Origin: a virus
Lineage: Duplodnaviria; Heunggongvirae; Uroviricota; Caudoviricetes
IMG/VR virus record: IMGVR_UViG_3300042892_001069
Reading direction: 5' to 3' (one strand)
Length of the DNA: 64,000 bases
A program made the translations under genes and the position numbers. Position 1 is the first letter of the stretch. Each line of letters starts with the position of its first letter. Below the pieces are notes generated by a model. The model saw only the letters and a program-made list of their open reading frames with translations, searched no databases and was not told the origin of the DNA. Below are positions 9,601-18,700 of this stretch, piece by piece.

Positions 9601-12600
9601 ATAGGCTCTTCATAAGTGTCAACACCTTCAGCTAATGATCCATAGGTACCGTAAGAGTTATTACCATTGGTTGCTCGCATTTTACCGCCAAGTTCAGCTA
9701 GATAACCAGCATATGAATAGTATGCGAACACGGATACTAACTCAGTTAGTGCTTGCGATCCAGTACACCATACGCCAATTCCATCACTTAGAATGGTAGT
9801 ATAGTCGTTAGCAACAATAGATCTGTTACCAGCACTGTGTAATGCTCCGTCAATTTTCATACCAATACACCCAGTACCAAACATTGTTACGTTTTGAGTG
9901 TACGGGCTTTTTGGACTTATCCATACATTTTTGTCGTTAGGACCGTATCCAGGATCTAACGAACTGTATGCTCCAGCAGTTACTCGGCTAGTTCCGTAGC
10001 TGTTTGCAGCAGTTAGTGTACCAGTTAATCCGCTTAATGTCATGTTTCTTAAGCCTGTTCCATTACGTAACAAGAACATATCTGATAATACTGATCCAGA
10101 TACTGAATGTTTATATATTGTAGCGGCACGTAATGCTTTGTAATTTCCTAAGAGAGCTAAATCGTACACTAGCGCATTAATGTAAGCGGCTGTATTTTTC
10201 TTATATTCTGTAATACTAAAATTATATTTTACGGCAAACGGGTCTGGCGAGGCAGACGCTGTGACTAGCGGAAATACCGTTGCTGATCCCTGAACTGCTG
10301 TTAGTGTAAATGCGTTTGTTGTAGGTGTTGTTAAGATGTAATAAACAGTTCCTGCTACAATATTTCCAAAAGTAGTTCCTGAAAATACTACAGGGTCGCC
10401 TACAACAAAATTATGATTGGTACCGGTGATCGCTCTGTTATTTGTACCGTCAGTACTTACTATAGTGTTGCTGTAAGTATAGTCTACCCACGCAGTAGCT
10501 TCGTTTGATAAAAATGTTGCGTTAGCACGTAATACTTCAGCACCGTTAATTGAAGTTACAACATTGTTATATGATCCAGTTCCTGTAGTTTCAACAACTT
10601 CACCAATGGTGAATGAGGTGTTACCACTATCAGCTGTTAATGTTTTAAGAACAACACTACCGTATGTTTCTGTAATTGTAAACGTTGTTGAATTTGTAAC
10701 TGCTACAATCCAATATTTTCGTCCAGTAGCAAGAGTGCCTACGCCAGCAGTATCAAATGTAATTGGCATTCCAGGCATCATTCCAGCAGTACTAGGAATA
10801 GTAATATTGCCGCCTACAAATGTTTGAGTAGCAATGGATGTAAATGTTGTTGTACCGGCAATTGATAAAATCATATCATCAATTGACACTATTACTTGTT
10901 CAGCAGTGTCGTATGCTGCAATTTTCTTAGCTTTATGAGCTATAAAATTAATTGCGCCACGTTCGGCAGTTGCTTGATTTGCCAGTACATATTGCGCACT
11001 TGTTGTTGCTCTGTAATAAGACATTGCTGCAGTAATTGAATTGAAATTAGTACCAAACATCAAATCATAGCTAAACGCATCAACAATATATCCAGCATCT
11101 CTATAACAAGTGTCACTATTAAAATTTAACGCTTGGTAAAATTTGCGAACCCAACTTACTGCGTCAGATTGAATTTCAGTTTTTGCTAATTGTAGTGCGT
11201 TGTAAGCATTTTGCAAAGGAGTACTAGCCAAGGCAATCGCTGCCGTTGGAAGAATTGTTGCCGGGGCTGTGCCGTTAGTAATCCAATCTATGATAGATTG
11301 AACACGATCTTGAGCAAATGTTGCGGCGCCTGCTGAACCGGCAGTTCCTGTAACTACTTGACTAAGTGCTGAATTTTTAGTCCAGCCTGCGGTATCTTTA
11401 ATAACAATATTATCAATAAAACTTTTCAACCATGTATATGCCGCAATAGTTGCTGTTTTTTCAATTGACGCAATGGTTAATGTAGCATTAGAATAATATG
11501 CACTACCGGCAATTAATGTTTGCGTATTGCCGCCATAAGTCATATCATATTGTAAAGCATCAAGGATGTATCCTACGTCACGTTGGCAGTTTGCTTGGCC
11601 GCCGACGCCTAATGCTACCCATACTGCGTTAAAGTTTGTATTTAAATAACTAGAAACTTCATCTTTAATAAACGCATAGTTTTGTACAATTTGTGCTTTA
11701 CCGTCACCATACCCTGCTAAGAAACTAGTGTTATATCCTGTTGGGTTAGTAAATGTAAATGTTGGAACTGCTGTTAGACCGTTCTGAACAATATCATTCA
11801 TGATTGCAGAGTTGGTCAAGATAGATGCTACTGATGCGCTACTGCCAATACCGCTACTTCCAATACCAGTAGTAATGTCTGTAACAATATCTGACATATA
11901 CGCCAACATACCTAGCTGTGCGGCTTTTTGCGCACCAACTACTAAAGCGGCTTGTGCGGTATAATAACTCATTCCAGCTTTAACTGATCTAAAATTACTA
12001 CCAAACATTAAATCGTATGTTAATGCGTCTACAATATAACCAACATCTCGTGAACATGTTTCTGTGTTAAACACTAGCAACGGATAGTTTGATTGAACCC
12101 ACGCTACGGCACTTGCTTGTATTGAGGCTTTTCTTGCTTGAACATCTGCTGCAGCCATTTGTAAAAGTGTACTCACCCATGTAATGCTTGGTGTAAGTTC
12201 TGCTGGAGGTGTACCAGTGTTAATTGTAGTGTATATATCTTGAATACGTGCTTGAGCAAATGCTGCCGCATTAGCTGATCCCGCAGTACCGCTTACATCC
12301 TGAGTCAGTCCAGTAGTTTTGGTCCAGCCCGCAGTATTACCTGTAGCAATATTATCAATGATATCTTTAATACGTGCCTGAACTGCTAACGCACGAAGCT
12401 TTGAAGCAGGATCACCAACGTATGCTCCAAATGTATAATATGAGCGACCGGCAACTAGAGTTTCTAAGTTTCCACCATATGTTAAATCATAAACTACAGC
12501 ATCAACAATGTAACCAACATCACGTTCACAACTTGTCTGATCTACTCCACCATATGTAAATCCAACAAACGGAGCAATGTTGCCTGCAATCTGTGCGTTA

Positions 12601-15600
12601 ATCCACGCACTAACTTCTGATACTAAAAATGCCTTGTTCGCAACAATCAATCTGCGAGCATTAAAATATCCAGTATCGTAGCTTGTAGGATCAGGTAACG
12701 TGAATGCCGGTACTACTCCTAAACCATTATCAACAATGTCTGATATTGTAATAAGATTTGCTGATACTGATGATGTTGCTGTTGTTCCGGCATAACCTAA
12801 ATACACCTGAGATGCGGTATTACCGCTTGTAGGTGTCACCGCAGTATTAGTTACTAGGTTAGGAACAATTGCCTTTAGTCTGTTTAACACTGATATAGTT
12901 TTTGGCTTATCAGTAACTAATGTCATATCGGCCGTTGCTGGTTGAATTACACTACTACGTAATTCGTCGCCAACAACCGCAGTGTTCTTAGGAACTATAA
13001 TTGGCAATGTTTCTGAATATGTGCCAGTTTTAACTGAAATAGTTGTACCAGGATTTATAACAGCAGGAATTGCTGATGTTGTACCTGAAGCCAAACCTGT
13101 AGTAATAATACTTACTAGATTTGTAGCAGTAGTTGAAGTTCCAATTTCAGCAGGGATAATAGGATCAATAATTTGTTTAGCCTGTGCTGATGCAGATACG
13201 CTATTTAATGTTTGATAGTTGTCTACTGGAGAAGTATTTGTTAAAATATTAACTACTAATTTATTTTTAAGATAATCTAGTGCTCGAATAAATTGTGGAA
13301 TTTCTCCAGGAATATTTCCTGCTGCAAATGTCGCGCCACCTGGAGCAAAATATGCTAGAGCTGCCGTTGTTGTCTGTAAAGTCCCGCTATGGCTAATATC
13401 AAATGCCAACGCATCAACAATAATGCCAGCGTCTCTTTCTGTTGGTACTGTGCTGAATACGTACGATCCAACGTTTGCGCCTGTTTCTACCGATAACGTT
13501 CGTCGGGTGCCGCCAGAAGCATTTGTTATTCCAAATGTTGTTCCGCCGGCAGGAATATCAAATACGTAATATGTTGTTCCCGGAGTAACTCCGCCCACAG
13601 TAGTAGTAAAACTAATTGGCATACCCACTGATAAAACTGACGTTGAAGTTGACGTAGTAAATAACGTTGCGTTTGATGATGTAATTGTTACTCTACTAGT
13701 ATATGTAACATAGTTAGAAAGTTCTTTAACTATAAATTGTTTATTTTTTGTAAGTAGCAGTGCAGCATTAGGATTTAAATATCCTTCTTCAATTTGTCGA
13801 GCTGAAAATCTAACAGTTTTCCAAGGCTTGTCAATAGTTAGGCCTTGCCCTGCGCCCAGTACATCAGTACCGCTAGGTGCTACATATACAATGTTGTTAA
13901 CTACACCAAAATATGACCATTGCGGTGTTGTACCGTTAACACGCAATACTTGTCCGTCAGTCCCAATTGGTAATCTAGTTGGTCCTGCTCCACCCATATA
14001 TAACGTGTCGCCCTGTGTGGTTAGCACAGATGTAATTGCTCCTGCTGATAATAAATTCCAATAGGTGCCAGTTACATCGTTGTCTGGTCTGTTTGGCGTG
14101 CCGCCAGTGTGAGCAAGTATACAAATATAGCTATTAACACCAAATGCTACAGCATCGCCTAGGACATATGACACTCCAGTTTTCCATGATACAGAAGAAC
14201 CTAATGTAGTTGCTGAGTCTACTGCGCCTGCGGTAGCAGTAATTGTTAATATGACATCATTAGCCGGGGAGATTCCGCCTACTTGAGTTCCTAAGATAGT
14301 AACAGTATTTCCGGTAATGTACCCAGATCCTGCAGCATTAACTGTAGCAGTATATCTAGTGTTTACTAACGTAATGTTAAACGATGCTCCGGTACCGCTG
14401 CCAATTAAGTTTGAACCTACTACACCGGCAAATGTTTGGCCAGTGGCCGCCCATTTAACGCCGCTGTTTAATCTAGACCAGTTGGTAAGATCAGGCGGAA
14501 TATTTAATGCGCTTGAAGTATGATCTAATAGGGCAACATATGTGTACCCATTTAATCTTAAAACTTGTCCTACTTTGTAATCTGTAGCAGTTGCCCAGTC
14601 ACCTTGGAAACTGAATCCAGTAGTAAATAGATCCCAATCAGAAAGATTGCTAGTTGGAATTTTATTGGTATGATTTGTTTTAGAAATGTATGCATAGCCA
14701 CCGTATGACACAACGTCACCTGGTTGATACACTTCACTAGCTGACCAGCTGTTTTCGTATTCTAATCCGCCAACAAACAACGACCAATTAGTAGCATCTG
14801 AAAACAGTGCAGCTGATGTATGGTCTAAGGTACAAATCCAAAGATCGGCACCGTACTTGACAACATCATTTACTTTGTAACGTACTGTGCTGCCACTCCA
14901 AGTACCTAAGAATGTAATCCCCTTATGGAAATAATCCCATAATCCTTGATCGTTTTCAAGTCCTAGTGTTGCAGTTGCTGCCGAAGCGTGGCCAGTGTTA
15001 CATACATAAGTTGTTCCGCCGTATAGCACAACGTCATTTCTCTTATAACGATAGCCGGTTGTCCAATTGCCAATCCAGTCAAGGCCTTTGGCGTAAGTAT
15101 CCCACTTGCCTTGATCTGCTTCTAATCCGTCGATGTCAGTTGAAGCTGTAGAGCTTGAAGTGTGACTTGTGTTACATACATAAGAAATACCACCGTATCT
15201 AACTACGTCCCCAATTTTGTAAAATTGACTTGTTGCCCAGTTATCTCTAAAGTTGAAACTACTAGCATATAAATCCCACTTGCTTTGATCTGCTTCAAGG
15301 CCTGCGGTTGTTTCTGGGCTTGTGCCTGAAGATGCTGCCGCATTGCTAGTGTGCGCTGTGTTACATAGATAAATTCTTCCGCCGTATTTTACTAGATCGT
15401 TAACTTTATAGTAAAACCCAGTTGTCCAGTTATCTTTCCATTCAGAACCGTCAGATACTTGATTCCATCTTGTTGGAGCATTATTCAAGTCGGTATAGAA
15501 ATTAGCGTCAGCTGTATGGCCAATCACACATAGATAAGTTTTTCCACCATTTCTAACAATGTCGTCCTTGACATATGTTACAGCCGCTGCCCAGTTGTTC

Positions 15601-15641
15601 TTCCAGATAAAGCGGATTCTACCTAATTTAAATTCAGCCAT
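6606..15641 (-). CDS. Giant tail-fibre/appendage protein, 3011 aa (paralogue of 15703..21645)
   Basis: N-terminal W...Y..(G/N)DVV.YGG..Y.C...H repeats (CBM5/12-like); beta-helix-type core (YVAPSGTD, GDELRS, KSPYTQNVT); CxRD helical repeats; W..V.YG.G.FVAV propeller-type repeats; C-terminal TGHDFL...STDQDGNF. Confidence 0.75.
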   Translation of the reverse strand: MAEFKLGRIRFIWKNNWAAAVTYVKDDIVRNGGKTYLCVIGHTADANFYTDLNNAPTRWNQVSDGSEWKDNWTTGFYYKVNDLVKYGGRIYLCNTAHTSNAAASSGTSPETTAGLEADQSKWDLYASSFNFRDNWATSQFYKIGDVVRYGGISYVCNTSHTSSSTASTDIDGLEADQGKWDTYAKGLDWIGNWTTGYRYKRNDVVLYGGTTYVCNTGHASAATATLGLENDQGLWDYFHKGITFLGTWSGSTVRYKVNDVVKYGADLWICTLDHTSAALFSDATNWSLFVGGLEYENSWSASEVYQPGDVVSYGGYAYISKTNHTNKIPTSNLSDWDLFTTGFSFQGDWATATDYKVGQVLRLNGYTYVALLDHTSSALNIPPDLTNWSRLNSGVKWAATGQTFAGVVGSNLIGSGTGASFNITLVNTRYTATVNAAGSGYITGNTVTILGTQVGGISPANDVILTITATAGAVDSATTLGSSVSWKTGVSYVLGDAVAFGVNSYICILAHTGGTPNRPDNDVTGTYWNLLSAGAITSVLTTQGDTLYMGGAGPTRLPIGTDGQVLRVNGTTPQWSYFGVVNNIVYVAPSGTDVLGAGQGLTIDKPWKTVRFSARQIEEGYLNPNAALLLTKNKQFIVKELSNYVTYTSRVTITSSNATLFTTSTSTSVLSVGMPISFTTTVGGVTPGTTYYVFDIPAGGTTFGITNASGGTRRTLSVETGANVGSYVFSTVPTERDAGIIVDALAFDISHSGTLQTTTAALAYFAPGGATFAAGNIPGEIPQFIRALDYLKNKLVVNILTNTSPVDNYQTLNSVSASAQAKQIIDPIIPAEIGTSTTATNLVSIITTGLASGTTSAIPAVINPGTTISVKTGTYSETLPIIVPKNTAVVGDELRSSVIQPATADMTLVTDKPKTISVLNRLKAIVPNLVTNTAVTPTSGNTASQVYLGYAGTTATSSVSANLITISDIVDNGLGVVPAFTLPDPTSYDTGYFNARRLIVANKAFLVSEVSAWINAQIAGNIAPFVGFTYGGVDQTSCERDVGYIVDAVVYDLTYGGNLETLVAGRSYYTFGAYVGDPASKLRALAVQARIKDIIDNIATGNTAGWTKTTGLTQDVSGTAGSANAAAFAQARIQDIYTTINTGTPPAELTPSITWVSTLLQMAAADVQARKASIQASAVAWVQSNYPLLVFNTETCSRDVGYIVDALTYDLMFGSNFRSVKAGMSYYTAQAALVVGAQKAAQLGMLAYMSDIVTDITTGIGSSGIGSSASVASILTNSAIMNDIVQNGLTAVPTFTFTNPTGYNTSFLAGYGDGKAQIVQNYAFIKDEVSSYLNTNFNAVWVALGVGGQANCQRDVGYILDALQYDMTYGGNTQTLIAGSAYYSNATLTIASIEKTATIAAYTWLKSFIDNIVIKDTAGWTKNSALSQVVTGTAGSAGAATFAQDRVQSIIDWITNGTAPATILPTAAIALASTPLQNAYNALQLAKTEIQSDAVSWVRKFYQALNFNSDTCYRDAGYIVDAFSYDLMFGTNFNSITAAMSYYRATTSAQYVLANQATAERGAINFIAHKAKKIAAYDTAEQVIVSIDDMILSIAGTTTFTSIATQTFVGGNITIPSTAGMMPGMPITFDTAGVGTLATGRKYWIVAVTNSTTFTITETYGSVVLKTLTADSGNTSFTIGEVVETTGTGSYNNVVTSINGAEVLRANATFLSNEATAWVDYTYSNTIVSTDGTNNRAITGTNHNFVVGDPVVFSGTTFGNIVAGTVYYILTTPTTNAFTLTAVQGSATVFPLVTASASPDPFAVKYNFSITEYKKNTAAYINALVYDLALLGNYKALRAATIYKHSVSGSVLSDMFLLRNGTGLRNMTLSGLTGTLTAANSYGTSRVTAGAYSSLDPGYGPNDKNVWISPKSPYTQNVTMFGTGCIGMKIDGALHSAGNRSIVANDYTTILSDGIGVWCTGSQALTELVSVFAYYSYAGYLAELGGKMRATNGNNSYGTYGSLAEGVDTYEEPIIARVNNRYYQAEIGAVLTDSTDRIYRIEFVNAGTEYNSATFSISGTGYGVTTVANEFRDNAVFESRVLANGANYITQTNVAQGGTATSIVIAATDAGITGAYIGMRVIVTGGSGVGQTGYFTTYNNGTKAGIVAKESFTTLSISAAGSSLLTVADTTSLYANMPVILTGALLTGMSTIALGTIYYVIGSSITSTQFSVASSSGGVVAVAVGTSSSSSGLILNAVGWDHIITGTAIVSSLDLTSSYIIEPRITFTSPTYSATSRTSISSAWSDCVYGDTIVNYNGVANAGVTATGGSGSGATFTVARTGTAYVVTTNTAISGQGGTLYKIGDVLTIPGTSVGGVSTTNNITITVTLVATAPSSGISIGAILNFTYTGVGAGGYFVALAAGSAATQISSDGTTWATGGALTSNTLWNSIAYGNGRWVTVSNFDASSNYTTDPTALWTAGGTLGGGAGWQSICYGNGVFMAVKTGSTSASYSTNGTTWNATGALPASVNWTGVAYGAGTYVAIASGGTQAASSVDGLSWISRALPAIANWSSVTFGKGVFVAVATGSRITAYSKDGLTWIQSSAGMPVSQAWTKVRYGQGLFFAVATGSTTAAATSEDGANWTPRTLAGAAAAWPAIAFGNPSSVPLWVALTTSTVVANSIVAGCTTQARVKVSANSISEIRLIEPGSGYSTIPSLTITDPNQTSTATWSTRIGVGALANPTFTNRGLQFATAIATVEGNGYADKFQPGYYINVSGLTTSPTPGSNVVFAGDSTFYKLVAVNNYLGTGGGQSPYTARFQISPQFTQVTAPAHTTLTTMRIKYSQVRLTGHDFLSIGTGGTTTTNYPGIPTQPADVTKQTVGNGGGRVFYTSTDQDGNFTVGTLFSVQQATGVASINADAFNLAGLNSLTLGSVALGGTGATITSFSTDQYFSANSDNIVPTQKAIKAYISSQIGGGSSALNVNTLTAGVIYIAGNSISTTTGVQINVTATMNFTGGINGLPLAMDFLLLG

Positions 15642-15667
15642 TCGATGCTCCGATGTTCATTGTAATG

Positions 15668-15673
15668 TATTTA
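15668..15673 (-). promoter_or_regulatory. Late promoter core TAAATA
   Basis: aaTAAATAc on the minus strand, 26 nt upstream of the ATG at 15641. Confidence 0.65.
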
Positions 15674-15702
15674 TTCATTTGTTAATATGTACTTTTGTTA
15701 TG

Positions 15703-18700
15703 TTATTTTTGGTTACCTGACCCAAAACCACTGTGGAAGAACGATTTAGCAACCATTGTTCCATTAATTCCCTTTCTAAGATTCATCGAGTTTCTAACAA
15801 ACAACTGCCCTTGAACTGTAGAATATATTCTGTTTGGTCCGCCTACTCCAAACGTACCCGCCACCACTGCGCCTGCTTGAGCATTGGCGCCGCCACCAGC
15901 AATATTTCTTGACAAATATGACTTAATTGCTTTCTGTGTTGGGACAATAGCATCGCTGTTAGCAGTAAAAAAACTATCTGTACTAAACTGTGTGATTACA
16001 ATAGCGTTAGTTCCGATTGAAAATCCACCAAGTGATAACGTTTGTAATCCAGTTAAACTTAATTGGTCTGCTGAAATTGTAACAATACCCGATGCCTGTT
16101 CAACTTGGAATAAATTTCCAACTTTAAAATTACCGTCTTGGTCTGTTGATGTTTGGAATACTCGACCTCCATTATTTTCAACGATTTGTTGAAACGGTAG
16201 CGCAGTTGTTACGTCCACATTTGGATAATTAGTTATTGTTTGATTACCAGTACCAATTAATAAAAAGTCGTGTCCAGTAATACGACACTGACTATACTTT
16301 TGTCGAATACTAGTTGCTACGCCGTGCGCAGGAGCAACTAGAATTGATAATGGAGGAGCGATTTGAAAGTTTACTGTACCTGCTCCAAGATTATTAATAA
16401 CTACAATACGATACTGTGTTGCATCGCCTGATATAGTTAAGGCTGCGCCAGGTGTAGGTAAACTTGCTAGTCCGCTTATTGTTAAAAATTTTGCTGTTTG
16501 ATATATATCCGCAAATCCTGTTCCGTTAACAACAGTTACAACAGTAGTTGATGTTCGATATCCAGTACCTCTAGAAATAAACGTTGGATTCCCAAGAACT
16601 CCGGCAGCAGTCCTACAAAGAGTTACTACTTGTAACGTGTAATTGGGATCTGTTATAGTAGCGGTTGGTGCTGAAGAGGTCAAGTAACCACTACCAGGTT
16701 CCCATAATTTAATTGAACTTATTTTGCTAGAAGCAACGGTTACTCGTCCAAGAGCACGAGCGCCTGTTTTAATGTATGCTGAAGAAATACTACCAGTGTT
16801 TGCCAATGCTACCCAGCCAGGTGTAACAATCAAGTCTATTGCGGGATTGCCAAAGGTTATTGAAGACCATGCCAACCCGTTTGGCAGACTTCTACTGCGC
16901 CACGAAGCACCGTCTGAGCTTGATGTTGCTGCAGTTGTACCCGAAGCAACCGCAAAAAATAGTCCTTGGCCATAGTGTAGGTCTGTCCACAGTGTTGCTA
17001 CCGGAAGAGTTGATTGAATCCATGTTATGCCATCAAACGAATACGCAGAAATTGCTGATCCCGACGCAATGGCAACAAATCGACCGTTGCCCCATGCTAC
17101 TGAAATCCAGTTTATACTAGCAGGTAACGTTGATTGTGCCCAAGTTCCGCCGCCGTCGGTTGAATACGCAACTACATTATTAGAAGCTCCTGTAATTGCC
17201 ACCCAAGTTCCGATACTGCCATATACTATACTATTCCAGGTTGCAGTAACAGGTAAGGGACTCGGAAGGGTGGCCCAAGTTGCGCCATCAACTGATGTGC
17301 CTGCGCTGTTGGTTGAACCAGGTGCTATTCCTATAAATTTTCCGCCTCCATATGCTATTGCGTTAAACCCAGTTAATGATAAACTAGTTGATGTGTTCCA
17401 CAATATTGCGTCTGTTGTCCAAGCAACAGTGGCCGATGCAGAGTTTACTGCTACAAATACATTATTAACGCCGCCAAATGTTACCGTGGCCCAAGTACCT
17501 GCGGGTAAATTGCCGCCTGCTACCCAGTCGCTACCTGTTAGCGAATACACCGATGTTCCAGTAGTTGAGATTCCAACAAATCGACCGTTACCAAATGCTA
17601 CTGATTTCCAGTTACCTACTGGCATTCCTTTTAATTGCGCTTGAAACGGTGGTTCTTCAAATCTAATACTTGGTTCAATTGAGTATACTGTAGTTGAATC
17701 TATAGGAGTCACTGCGGCTGTGCCTGCTACAATGTTTTCCCAGCCAACAGCATGTACTGCCATAAAACTACCCACCGTTTGAGTAGTAACCGTTGCCGCA
17801 GTACCTCCCGGTACTGTGCTGACCGCAAATCCTATTAACGAATAGTTTGCAGCAATAACGTAATATATTTGCCCTGTTGTTAGGCCGCCTAACATACCAC
17901 CTGCGACTACTGACATAGAGCCAGTGGCATTTGCTAAGGTAAATACGCCACCGCCTGCTGTGGCGCTTATAGCAACCGTTGATCCTATAATATTATTAAT
18001 ATAATATTGAGTTCCACTTACAATGTTTCCAAAAGTTGAACCGCTAAACACAATCAACTCTCCAACATACATGTTCACCGTTGATGTTAATGATACTAAA
18101 TTATTAACTCCAGTTATTGCAACTGGTGCTAATACTGTGCCGACAGTTTGTCCAATACTAAGTCTCCAAACACTACCGGCACTAAATCCTGAAATATTTG
18201 CTTCAATTCTAGTGTTAGCTAAAATAGTAGACCCAGATAACACCATTCCTACCGCGATAGCTCCGCTAGTTACTGAAGTAACATATAACGTAGTTCCTAT
18301 AATATATCCAGCTGATATGTTAACAATAGTTCTTGACGTTAAAAATCCCGTAGTATTCTGTTGATTTGGAACTATTACTACTGCTGTCCCTACTGGAAAT
18401 GATGTTGTGTCTTGTACTGAAATTATGTTATTTGTGGCAGATGTTGCTGATGATGTTAGTGCAGTAGTACCTTCTTTTCCCACTGTGACTATTTTACCAA
18501 CCGCATCGTAATACGCAATATATCCGTATTGGCCAACTCCGGTACCACTAGTAATAATTACTCGCATGCCGTAATAGTTGTCAAAAGTATTTTGATCATT
18601 TGACGCAATTGTAATTGTTTGAAGGTCTCCGGCTTGTGCTTGGTTACCGGAAGTTAGATATCCGCTTCCGCCTGCTGAAAAATCTGATCCTAAAATTCGA

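Noticed and set aside
17027-17644. 205-aa plus-strand ORF and the many other short ORFs opposite the fibre and baseplate genes
   Set aside because: They lie antisense to Thr/Gly/Ala-rich genes whose codon usage leaves the opposite frame open; no motifs or expression signals were seen.
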